A DNA stretch of 64,000 nucleotides. Source: Squalus acanthias (lineage: Eukaryota). The DNA lies in the NCBI GenBank assembly GCA_030390025.1, contig CM059432.1:49912001-49976000 (forward strand), in the 5' to 3' direction. Position 1 is the stretch's first letter. Every line of letters begins with the position of its first letter. Below are positions 27,081 to 38,798 of the stretch, one piece after another. A model generated the notes under the pieces. That model was not told the origin of the DNA. It worked only from the letters and a program-made list of their open reading frames with translations, and did no database searches. Both the position numbers and the translations under genes were made by a program.

Positions 27081-27511
27081 CGTGTTCCCAGGCCAATTTT
27101 TGAATGGACTCCTGCAGTCCCTTTAAGAAAAACCTGTTAGGACACTCACTACCTGATACAACTGGATAGAATGCGCAGAGCTCATGCTCCTCCCATTTGT
27201 ACCTGAAAAGAGCAATTGGGGGCCGACAACTGATGAAGGACTCCGATTTGCATATTTAAGCAGCCTCCTGCCTCTTTCAGGCAACAATTGGGCATCTGAG
27301 ATTCACCGCCCCCAACACCCGCCCCCCCAACCACCACCCGCAATTTTCATTTGTTGGACGCCGGTATTTGAGGCAAGAAAAAGGTGGTTGATAGTTGAAA
27401 AACGGCCCCACAGAAAACCAGAATTTTTATATTTTAACATAAACTAATGTAATAATTAAAAAAGAACTGTATTTGTGCAAAGAACTGTTTTATTAGTGGA
27501 AAAAACAGACA

Positions 27512-27547
27512 AGCTAACGCTTCAGGTGTAGACCCTTCTTCAGAGCT
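27512..27547 (-). ncRNA. Minimal hammerhead ribozyme motif (GAAG variant)
   Basis: AGCT-CTGAAGA-AGGGTCTACACCT-GAAG-CGTT-AGCT. Stem I is perfect, but the core has GAAG in place of GAAA. Confidence 0.55.
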
Positions 27548-27685
27548 AAAAATAAGAGGCGGGAGGCATATTAATACAATTAGAAAAAGGGGAGGGGGAA
27601 AAATAAATATTTAAAAATAGACAAACCCAGAGAGGATTCAATGGTCAACAGATCTTCTCAGTCAAATAATAGACAGAAGTATTAA

Positions 27686-29413
27686 GGCCGCGATTTCCCC
27701 ATCCTCAGCGGGTCCGTGGCGGGCAATGTCGGTGGCGGGTCCCAACCCCGCTGTTGGCTCCAGCCCGCTCTGTAAGATGATTTTACGATGATTGGGCTTG
27801 TTAAGCCTGCCCAGCGAGTTTCCCGGCCAATTGAAGGAAGCGGGTCTGATGACATCATTTGATGACGCGTCATCAGCTGGTTTCCTTAAAGGGATCTTGC
27901 GCAAATTTACTTTGACAGTTGCGCTGTCAGTATTCTACAGCATTGAGGTGCTGCAAACACTGACAAGCACTGCACAGAGGTGCAAGGCTGCATCCAGGCT
28001 CTCCCATGACTCCCTCCATATGGAGGGAGGTTCTCTTCCCTTCCAATGGGTGGAAGAGACCTCCCCAGGAGATCAATGCAGCCTGGTTGCACATTGCACA
28101 GGAGGCACAAGTAGGGATGTGGTCAGGAGGACCTGGCTACAGTGGTGCAAACCTTTCAATGATCTCAGTAGATCATGAAATGTTACTGCAAAGCCACACT
28201 CAACCTCATCCTGCTGTGCCACTCATCACATTCCCATCACTCTGCCTTCCTTACTCTACTACTGCACAGCCTTACTCACACCAACTTACCTTGCACCTCC
28301 ACCCATCCCTCTCTATCTACATTATCACTTCCCCATCTCACTAGCCACCCCTCACACTCACCCTCATCCTAGCCCAATCATACCAACTAACAACACACAA
28401 GGGTAGGCACTTGGGTGTTTTATACAATGTTCATGTAAAGTTTCTGTTAATGTGGTGTCAAACATTCAAACCTTTATGTTCAACACTTTGCGTTCTTGGA
28501 CAGATCTGTGTGCACCTTTGGAGGTGGCTTAGTGGGTTGCAGTGAATGGTGAGACATAACGGTACCCCCGCAATGGTGATGAGGGTGAAAGTAATGGCTT
28601 GGGCATTGTTGGGATGCTTTATGGTGTTAGTGTGGGGTGGTGCCAACCTGGCACATCATGTGGCAGCCAGGGTGTACAGCATCAAGTGAAGTAAATCTGG
28701 CCATGGTGAGGCCATCCTTGGCCTCCTGGGCAGCAATGTGATCGGGTGCTGATGCCCTGTGTCCTGTGCAGGATCAGTTGATTACGGAGAAGTTTGGTGT
28801 TGTTGTTGGTGCTGCTGGTGTGCCTGGTGCTGCTGGCATTGGTGCTGATCGTGGTGGGATTCTGAGGACCAAGGTGAGATAGTTTCAAGGGCACTGATAC
28901 TGATGTAATAGATGGCAGGTGAGAGAGGTTGTACCAATCAGGTGACACTGGATAGAGAGTTTACTCCAAACACTTGCAACCTGCATAAAGCTCAATCTGT
29001 CTTCCAAATGCAGTAAGCAACAGCTTCTGAGCTTGGAAAGTGAACAGCTGTGAGATGGGAGCTTTTATAGCACATTTGCAGCTGTCAAGTAATGAGATGA
29101 TTCCATGGTCATACAACTCCCGACCTGCTTACCTGATGTAATCCCCAAGCAGTGTGGACCCCATGGGCGACCTCGTAAAATGTAAAAGTGAGCTCAAAAT
29201 ACTTCTTAATCCTCTGTTAACAAGGTCATAATGACCTGAATTGCCTCCCCCGCCGCTGCATGTCGGGTCTGCTCAGTTTTGACAGACTCGACATCTGGGA
29301 AAGTCACATGGTGGCGGGTTGACAGCGGGGTCCCGACCCGCTGTCAAAGACATTTTTTTTCCCACCCGACCCGCCACCGAACGAGCCCGCTGACCCCCCG
29401 AAAATTTCCCCCC
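27686..29413 (+). mobile_element. Non-autonomous Harbinger with Myb exon-1 remnant (sister of 14254-16088)
   Basis: Termini GGCCGCGATTTC ... AAAATTTCCCCCC with TTA/TAA-like flanks. Encodes TAQRCKAASRLSHDSLH and is collinear with the 14.3-16.1 kb copy. Confidence 0.85.
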
Positions 29414-30981
29414 TTAGACTTTGGAGACCAAAGGGTGAGTTAAGAGCAAGAGAAATGGAATACATGGAAAACCTGGGGGTCAAGTTTTAAAATGAGATTA
29501 TTGCTAAATGAAGTTAATTAAGTCAATGTTCAGACCAGAAGGTTTCAGAATGCTTAGGAGAAAGATGAGATATTGTTCTTGAAGATACCTTTGAGCTTTG
29601 TTGGATCAGTGTACCAGGCCAATGACAAAGAGGTTTGAGTAGGAATAGGAGAGAGAGTTAAAGTGGTGACCCAAATGTAGCTCGGATCTGCACTTGTGGA
29701 CAGAATGGAGGCATTTTGAATTGCAGTCTGCATTTGGGTTCCCCAGTGTAGAGAAGGCAAGATTGTAAGCAGTACATACAGTGCACCAGAAGTACACTTA
29801 AATCGCTGTCTCACATATTTTTGGGGCCCTGGACAATTGTGGAAGGAGGTGATGGATAGGTGTTTGTCTCCTGCATTTGCACAGGATGGAGCCAGGGGAA
29901 GGGCAGCTAGAAACAAGGGTGGTGGAAGAGTGGACCAGGGTGTCAGGAATGGAACAATTCCTCTGGAAAGCAGAAGGTGAGGGAAAATTATGCTCTCTTA
30001 TTTCCCCAAACCGCCCACTTCCTTTACCATTGACACACCCTTTGTTTCTTTAATGTCTTAATGCTTCTGTCTATTACCTCACTGAGATGATCTGTTACAT
30101 TATTCCACTTATGATTCTGCTCTGGATTTGTCTTTTATACATATTCCCTCCTCTTCTTTTTGTGAATGTAGTAATATAACTTCTTATTTTTCAGTTCTAA
30201 AGAAGGGTCTGCACTGAAACATTTATCTGTTCTCTCACAGATGCCGACTGACCCGTTTTGTTATTTTCCAGCATTTTTATTCTCTGTTTCAGACTTCCAG
30301 CAAATTTTTTATTAAGTACTTATTAACATGTTGACGTCTATCCTGTTAAAACTCAAAACTTTGAACAATTATTGACTTTATTCCATAATTGTTCAAGCTT
30401 GCAAATGTTACACAACTAATATAAGATTTTGGAACAAAATTGGAATAATATATACCCCAGCAAGTGTGGTAGGTTCATTCTAATTCTAATTGCTAAATTG
30501 GCTACTTATATTTTGCTGAATTTATATTTCCACTGTTACACAATACTTACTTCAAGCTAAAAAATAGATTGTTTTTCTGGTTGGCCCTGAAGGAACTGTA
30601 CCAGTTTTTGCTGGTCTGGTTGCTATAGTAATCTCTGAGTTCTGGTTGTTTGTTTCCTTTCTTGGGCACTGAGCAAATACATTCTCAGTGTGTGTCCATT
30701 ATACCTTTACTGAGTGTCCAGCAGAATAAATAAAATCAAAGGACTGCAAACATCTCAGAAATAGTTCCAGATTTAGAAGCAATTTGCTTTCATTTCATCT
30801 TATGTATTCTTTGAACAGATGGACAAGAGCTGACATTGCACATGAGTATTGAAGGCTAGGAATGCAGTGAGTGATTGGTTTAGTTCCTTTGAGGATAAAT
30901 TCCAAGAAGGTGAATTCCTTTTAGCTTACAAACAGCACATTAAATGGGAGTTAAATTGTTGACCATTTTTTAACTGCATTG

Positions 30982-31418
30982 TGTTGAAACATGGAAGGTA
31001 GGAAGAAGGTTCAAGAGAGTTAGTCTAGCCAAAGTTGATTGGATTAGTTGCAGCACAAAGGCAGGAAGTCACTCATGATGGAAAGGCAAGTCCAGGCATG
31101 AAGAAAAACTACTGAAGGGGAAGCACCATATGAGCTCATGTGGGAAAAGGGAGCCAATAGGGGAGAACAAGGGACTTGGGCAGAACTCATTAACGTGGAA
31201 ATAGGCTGCGATGTTTAGCTTTTAGTAGTACTGTACCTGAAGAGGTCCCTGATGCAATACCTGAAGGGTATCCGAATCTGAAGAGCGCGTGACTACACTT
31301 GATTGTACTCTGCTTGTGTAACTTCTCTTCACGCGAGCTTAATAAAGGCAAAACAAGAAATCTCTGGCGTCTAAGACTCACTCTTAATTCAACCTCGTCA
31401 TTAACGAATAATTCAACA
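30982..31418 (+). mobile_element. Probable solo LTR
   Basis: TGTTGAA ... TTCAACA termini and AATAAA at 31341. No TSD found. Confidence 0.5.
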
Positions 31419-31550
31419 GTCCTCAACTCTTATAGTCACCTAGATAGGGGGAGTTGTTGTAAGGGTTAAAACCATAGCATGGGAGACTGATCACCTCCAC
31501 ATAGGAGCTGGATCAAAAGGGAAAAGGCACTAAGAAGGTTTGTGTGACCA

Positions 31551-32290
31551 AGAGGGTCTGTGTGATCGAGAGAGTCTGTGTGATCGAGAGGGTCTGTGTG
31601 ATCGAGAGGGTCTGTGTGACCGAGAGAGTCTGTGTGATCGAGAGGGTCTGTGTGATCGAGAGGGTCTGTGTGACCGAGAGGGTCTGTGTGATCGAGAGAG
31701 TCTGTGTGATCGAGAGGGTCTGTGTGATCGAGAGGGTCTGTGTGACCGAGAGAGTCTGTGTGATCGAGAGGGTCTGTGTGACTGAGAGAGTCTGTGTGAT
31801 CGAGAGGGTCTGTGTGATCGAGAGGGTCTGTGTGATCGAGAGAGTCTGTGTGATCGAGAGGGTCTGTATGATCGAGAGGGTCTGTGTGATCGAGAGGGTC
31901 TGTGTGATCGAGAGGGTCTGTGTGATCGAGAGAGTCTATGTGATCGAGAGGGTCTGTGTGATCGAGAGGGTCTGTGTGATCGAGAGGGTCTGTGTGATCG
32001 AGAGGGTCTGTGTGATCGAGAGGGTCTGTGTGATCGAGAGAGTCTGTGTGATCGAGAGAGTCTGTGTGATCGAGAGGGTCTGTGTGATCGAGAGAGTCTA
32101 TGTGATCGAGAGGGTCTGAGTGATCGAGAGGGTCTGTGTGATCGAGAGGGTCTGTGTGATCGAGAGAGTCTATGTGATCGAGAGGGTCTGTGTGATCGAG
32201 AGAGTCTGTGTGATCGAGAGAGTCTGTGTGATTGAGAGGGTCTGTGTGATCGAGAGGGTCTGTGTGATCGAGAGAGTCTGTGTGATCGAG
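31551..32290. repeat. 18-bp minisatellite (GTCTGTGTGATCGAGAGR), about 41 copies
   Basis: Directly visible tandem array. It explains the SRSHRP, VCVIER and LCDREG repeat ORFs. Confidence 0.98.
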
Positions 32291-33017
32291 AAATGGAGAA
32301 GGTCAGTGTGACCAACTCGACTGAGGTCAAGAAAGCTTTGCTTAAGAAATTGGAGAAGATCTGTGTGACCGATCTGATCTCCGTCCTTACCTGTGGCAAG
32401 GGAAAAACTTAGAGAGGCTGTGAGTTTTATTCAGAAACAGATAGATGATGAGATACAATTTCAGACTATAACCTCAGCCTCTACATATTTTTTTAATTTT
32501 TTTTTATTTTTTCTCTTTTTTTCTCACATGGCAGCTGTTGATGATTCTGCCATTGCCATTTACACCTCATCTAGAGTCATCTTTTGTTTCTTAACTTGTC
32601 CCATTACCACTTCCTTTTGCCTTGCACCATCATCCCTTTTGTCTTTTAATCTCTCCTGCCTTCCAGCCTATCACAGACCTTCCCTTTCTTCTTTCCCTGC
32701 CCCACACTTGCTTAAAAATCTGTTACTTCTCTAACCTTTTCCAGTTCTGATGAAGGGTCATCGATCTGAAACGTTGGCCGCAATTTTGCCGGCGCTCAGA
32801 GCGCGGGTTTGGAGGCGGGTCCGGAGTTAAAATCAAAATGATTGACAGCGGGTTGAGCACCTGCTGCCATCCTGCCTCCACGCAACTTTACAGAGTTTCG
32901 GGTCTGCGAGTGCCAATCAGACCCGACACCAAGCGGCGGGAGAGCCACTTAAGGCAGTTAATAGTTTGCTAACTGCCTGGATAATCCTATTTTGAGAGGC
33001 ATTTTCCATTTTTAACC

Positions 33018-36000
33018 AAGATGGCTGCTGGGCTGGCAGCCCCTTTCTGAGCTGCTGTACTCTTCAATTGTATCCGTGGTCATCCATTGCCATCCTTTGC
33101 CCTTTCTTCCCCCAATCTCCTCTCTTCAATTGCTTAAGATACCCTGCCTCTGATAGTGAAGGCATTTCAGCCCAAACTACAAGTTCAAACTACAAGTTTA
33201 AAGCTCCCCCTGCAGAGTCCACTGCCCATCCCCGGCGTGTCTTTCTTCTCACTGATCTCCTTCAACTGCTGGAACTCTGCTGAAACTTGACCTCAATCAC
33301 TGGATTCCCTGCGGACAGGACCTCACTGACTACACGGTTTGACTCAGCGGCTGTGGTGCTGCTCTGTTTTTCAGTCACTCAAGTCTTAATTTGCGGAATT
33401 CTTTTGTCAAATTAGTTTCCGATCTCCTGGACTTCTCTGGACATCTAGACTGCGTTTCTGCTTTGAACTACATTGGATTACACTACGTTTCTGCACTGGA
33501 TTACACTGTAAGACTTAACTTCTGTGTCTCTATCTCTGAAAAGGTAAAAAGATTTTTAACTTTAAACTTCCGGCTGTGTGTCTGTTGAACTGGTTCTACT
33601 GGCTTGTAGGTATCAGCTCCACTTGCTGTCCGGTGACTCGTTCTAACGGTTTTCAGCTTTGCTGGTCACTGGTTTATGGTTTTACTTTTTCTCCGCCGCT
33701 TTGATCTATGGTGACCTCCAACTTGCATCAATTTCGCCATCATCTTTCTGCATCGCTCCCGACTCTCATTCCTACAGCAACAACCTCCATCCTCGAACTC
33801 TCTACCCGTCAAATAGCTTCTGGACTTCCCTCACCTGCTTTGGACAGTGGTTCGTCGATGCTCCGTATCCTGCTTATGTTGGCTTGTCCCTCCATGGGAC
33901 CTCTGACTTGGACCCTGGTCTTCCTACTATTGTCCCCAACCTATTCCCTGCTACCAGCAAATATGTATTCCATTAATTATTACATTTAAACAGGCCTCTG
34001 TAACCTGAGCTTTTCCCGTGTCCATTCGCGTGCGCACTTTGGCTGCCGCTCCGGACTCAAACCACTCCACTTTTTCCCCCTATTTTCCTTTTCTCTCTAT
34101 CCCTCCCTGACCGCACTCTCCTGTCATCATGCCTCCTTTCATCTCTCCTCTCTCGGATACACTACCCTCCCAAATCCCTACCCCAATCCTTCATTACTCT
34201 TCGACTGTCTTACTCTCCTGCCACCGTCCCAGGATTGTCTCCCTCTTAGATAAGCCTACAGCGTCCCTCTGTGCCTCTCTTGGCATCCTACAAAGGGCCC
34301 ATCGAGGCACTCGTCACTGCCGCCTTACACGCAGCAACCCCAACTGTCCCATCCTACTCTCTCGCCGACCTTCCCGCCCAGCGCGCCACCGGGGGCAAAT
34401 CTTGCCAATCTCCTCCCTGTCCAAATCATCCCTCCCAGCGCTGACCCTGTGGACACTGGTAGTGGGGCAGCCATCACCGATCCTCTTCGCATCTCCCTCC
34501 AGAATGTCCGTTCACTTGCGAACAAGGCCCTTCCATCCAGGAGCTTATCATGGATGACTGCATCGATATCATGGCCCTTGGTTGAGGGGTGATGACACCT
34601 TACCCTTAAACGAAGCCTCCCCACCTGTCTATACCTTCCACCACTTGCCCCGCTCAGACCGCCATGGTGGCGGTGTGGCTCTCATCACCAAATCACACCT
34701 TGGTCTGTCCCCCTGTTTCTCCGACAGTTTCTCCTCCTTTGAACATCTCACCTTATTCCACTCCTCTCACCTCTCATTTAAAATTCTTGTTCTCTACCGC
34801 CCACCCAAGTACCATAAAAATGTTATTACTGAGATATCTTCACTGCTCTCCTCCCTCAGCCTCTGCACCAAACAACTTCTCATCCTCGGTGATTTCAACC
34901 TCCACCTCAATTCATCATCCTCTCTCTCCTCTGAGTTCACTAGCCTCCTATCCTCCCTTAATCTCTCCCTCCATGTAAACTCCCCAACCCATATTCATGG
35001 CCAACCCCTCGACCTTACCATCTCTTGTGGCCTCGCTACTCCCATCGTGTCAATTGCAGATAAGGCTATATCTGACCATTTCCTCGTATCGCTCTCCTCC
35101 CACATCCCCTTCCACCCACCTCCCCCAATCCTACTTCCTTCTGTGTCCGCCTGTGGAAAAAACTCTCTCCCAACTCTCTCACAACTGCACTTATGAAATC
35201 CCAACTGTCCAGCCTCTGGCCCTCCATTCACCATAACATTTCTGCAGCTACCGATCTGCTCAACCACACCCTCATCCCTATCTCTGATGCCCTAGTCCCT
35301 ACTAAAACAATTACCCTCTCTCACCCTGGCCGTTCCACCTGGTACGGCTCTCATCTTCACTCCCTTAAGTCCAAGGGATGCAGACTTGAACGGATATGGC
35401 GGCCAACTGGTTTAGCCATTCACCGCTATCTGGCTGGACCACATAAAGTACTATCGGGCCCTGCTCTCGTCTGTCAAAATTGCACACTATTCCAGAATCA
35501 TGCTGGAATGCAAAGATAAACCCCAGCTCCTATTCTCTACTGCTAACCATCTTCTTAAACCCCTCTCCCCCGTCTCCTCCACCCTCACCTCCGATAACAA
35601 GTGTGAGGAGCTCATGGACTTCTTTGTCTCTAAGATTGAGACCATCCATTCAGCTGCCTCTGCCACTTCCCTTTCTTCCCCTAGCCCACCGGGCCAAACT
35701 TCCTCTAAGGTTCTCCCCTGCCCTAGCCCTGAACTCACATCTTTCTCCAGTATCTCTCTGATCTCCCCTCATGATCTCTCTGCGCTCATCTTGTCTATGA
35801 GGCCCACCTCCTGCTCCCTCAACCCTATTCCCTCCAAACTGCTGATCACTCAACTTCCTTTTCTGGTTCTCATGTTAGCTGATATTGTTAACCGTTCTCT
35901 CTCCTCAGCTACTGTCCCCTTCTCCCTCAAATCTGCCGTCATCACCCCTCTCCTCAAAAAATAAACCTTGATCCCTCAGTCCTTGCAAACTACCGCCCCA

Positions 36001-37044
36001 TCTTCAACCTCCCTTTCCTCTCCAAAGTCCTTGAACGTGTTGTCGCCTCCCAAATCTGTGCCCATCTTTCCCGCAATTCCATGTTTGAATCCCTCTAATC
36101 AAGTTTCTGCCCTTGCCACAGTACCGAAACGGCTCTCATCAAAGTCACAAATAACATCCTTTGTGACTGTGACAAAGGTAAACTATTCCTCCTCGTCCTT
36201 CTTGACTTGTCTGCAGCCTTTGACATGGTTGACCACTCCATCCTTCTCCAACGCCTTTCCACTGTCGTCCAGCTGGGTGGGACTGCACTCGCTTGGTTCC
36301 ATTCTTATCTATCTAATCGTAGCCAGAGAATCACCTGCAACGGCTTCTCTTCCCGCTCCCGCATCGTTACTTCTGGTGTTCCCCAAGGATCTATCCTTGG
36401 CCCCCTCCTATTTCTTATCTACATGTTGCCCCTTGGTGACATCATCCGAAAACACAGCGTCAGTTTCCACATGTACGCTGACGATATCCAGCTCTACCTC
36501 ACTACTTCTTCCCTCGACCCCTCCATGGTGTCCGACATACAGTTCTGGAGGAGAATTTTTTTTTTCCAGTTAAACATTGGGAAGACCGAAGCCATTGTTT
36601 TCGGTCCCCACCACAAACTCTGTTCCCTAGCCACTGACTTCATCCCTCTCCCTAACATCTGTCTGAGGCTGAACAACACTGTTCGCAACCTTGGTGTCAT
36701 ATTTGACCCTGAAATGAGCTTCCGACCACATATCCGCAGCATAACTAAGACCGCCTACTTCCACCTCCATAACATCACCCGTCTCCGCCCTTGCCTCAGC
36801 TCATCCGCTGCTGATACCCTCATTCCTGCCTTTGTTACCTCTAGACTTGACTATTCCAATGCACTCCTGGCTGGCCTCCCACATTCCACCCTACATAAAC
36901 TTGAGGTCACCCAAAACTTGGCTGCCCATGTCCTAACTCGCACCAAGTCCCGTTCACCCATCTCCCCTGTGCTCGCTGACCTACATTGGGACGTTTTACT
37001 ACGTTAAAGGCGTTATATAAATACAAGTAGTTGTTGTTGTTGTT
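33018..37044 (+). mobile_element. L2-clade LINE, near full-length and disrupted
   Basis: Endonuclease motifs (GGGVA, LYRPP, LGDFN, SDH), RT motifs (GVPQGSILGP, YADD, SRLDYSN) and tail AAAGGCGTTATATAAATACAAG(TTG)n. The 5' boundary is approximate. Confidence 0.93.
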
Positions 37045-37300
37045 TGCAACATTTTCAGCGTGTGCCACGTCGTGCGACAAACACGCCGCTGATTGTGCCG
37101 GGTTCAGCAACTCGCTGAATACTTGACAGCTGCCCCTGCAGCATAAAAGCGGACCTGTAACATGGCCAACTTTCAGATGCCAGAACTTTCTGTTTTGAGG
37201 TTTTGGAACACATTTTGCAGGTCTATTGAGGTTAAGTGTTTAATCTGAGATCCATCTCCACTGTGACCTCCTTGGAATACCCTCTCCCCACATTGACTGA

Positions 37301-38511
37301 GTGCTTATAACATCTATTCCTCAACTGAGATATATACCAGCAGAATCGGAGGAAGAGCAGCCGTGGCAGCAGCAGAACCAGGCACACCAGCAGCAGCAAC
37401 AACAGGAGCGCCAACCTTCTCCTCAGCCACCCAATGCTGCACAGGGCAGAGGGCGTCAGCGCAGGGCTGCACCTCGCCGCAGGAGATACCCCCAACACAA
37501 GGTTTACAGGCCGAGGATGAGCTTCCTCAACAGTAGTGAGCAACAGTGTCAAAGGAGGCTGAGACTTTCGCGAGAGGTAGTCGCTGACATCTGCACAATG
37601 CTGCACCAACACCTGGAGCCCAGAGGAGCAGGTGGACTCTCCGAAAAAGTAGCTGATAAAGTCACCACCGCACTCAACTTCTTTGCTTCAGGGTCCTTCC
37701 AGGGATCAGCAGCAGACATCAGCGGCATCTCCCAGTTGGCTGCACACAGTTGCATCATGCAGGTTACCGATGCCCTTTTTGCCAAGTCGCTCAATTACAT
37801 CCATTTCTCCACGGATGAAGCAAATGTTACCGCGCATGTAGGCTTCCCAAGGGTGCAGGGCATCGTAGACTGCACACATGTGGCCATTAGCGCATCCCAT
37901 CACAACCCAGCTGTATTTGTGAACTGCAAGGGCTTCTACTCCCTTAAAGTCCTGCTGGTGTGTAACCACAGGAAGAACATTATGCATGTTTGCGCAGTTG
38001 CCATGACTCGTTCATCCTGCGGCAGTCTACTGTGCCTCAGCTGTTCAATCCGCCAACCCAACTTTCCGGATGGCTCCTTGGAGACAAGGGCTATCCCCTG
38101 AAGACTTGGCTAATGACACCGATGAGGAGGCCATCAAATGAAGCTGAGGAGCGCTACAATGTGAGCCACATTTCCACTAGAAGCTTCATAGAGCAAACCA
38201 TCAGCTTGCTCAAAATACGATTCAGATGCCTCGACAGATCTGGTGGAGCCCTACAGTACTCACCAGCCAGGGTGTCCAGAATCATCGTGGTCTGCTGTGC
38301 TCTGCACAACATCGCACAGCAGTGTGGCTTACCGTTGCCTGAGGAACAAGTGGCACAGCGCACAGCCTCCTCCTCCTCCTCCTCAGATGAGGAGGAGCCA
38401 AATGAGGCAGCAGATGAGGAAGATGGGGGCGGATGTGCCAGTGCCACCAGCACGCGAGCACATTGCTGGCCATGAGGCAAGGGATACACTAATCCATGCC
38501 AGATTCACATA
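37301..38511 (+). pseudogene. Harbinger DDE transposase (HARBI1-like), frameshifted
   Basis: ORFs 37301-38101 and 37990-38475 contain [32 protein letters not shown] and [25 protein letters not shown] small deletion at about 37990 shifts the frame. Confidence 0.93.
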
Positions 38512-38798
38512 ACTTTACGTAGCAAACATATGTGGCTGGCACATGGAAATGAGTGTTTGCATGACCTTCATTACACACCATACAGCATCTGTACAATAAA
38601 CTGTGCATTCCTATCACTCTCCCCACCATCACTACAGATAAAAGGCGCCCTGACCCCTCACTGTGCAACTTCCATTTCGGAGTCCACTAAGGCCAACTCT
38701 TTGAATCTTTGACATCGCATTTCTTTAATACAATTGAAATAACGATGACAAACATAACTTTGTGTTATACCAAAACACCCAAGTGGCTACCCTTGTGA

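Larger units (their letters stand above)
27490..30305 (-). mobile_element. Old Penelope-like element (GIY-YIG C-terminus, pseudo-LTR and inverted pseudo-LTR)
   Basis: Minus-strand 29990-29500 is a decayed GIY-YIG region (GPQKYVRQRFKCTS...HFNSLSYSYS). There is a hammerhead motif at 27512-27547 and a plus-strand pseudo-LTR copy at 30000-30305. It is split by the element at 27686-29413. Confidence 0.7.

Noticed and set aside
31551..32290. CRISPR-like array
   Set aside because: The units are head-to-tail with no unique spacers, and the context is eukaryotic.
31530..32399. 289-aa SR-rich ORF (SRSHRP)n and overlapping repeat ORFs
   Set aside because: They are translations of an 18-bp minisatellite that is open in several frames on both strands, with no gene context.
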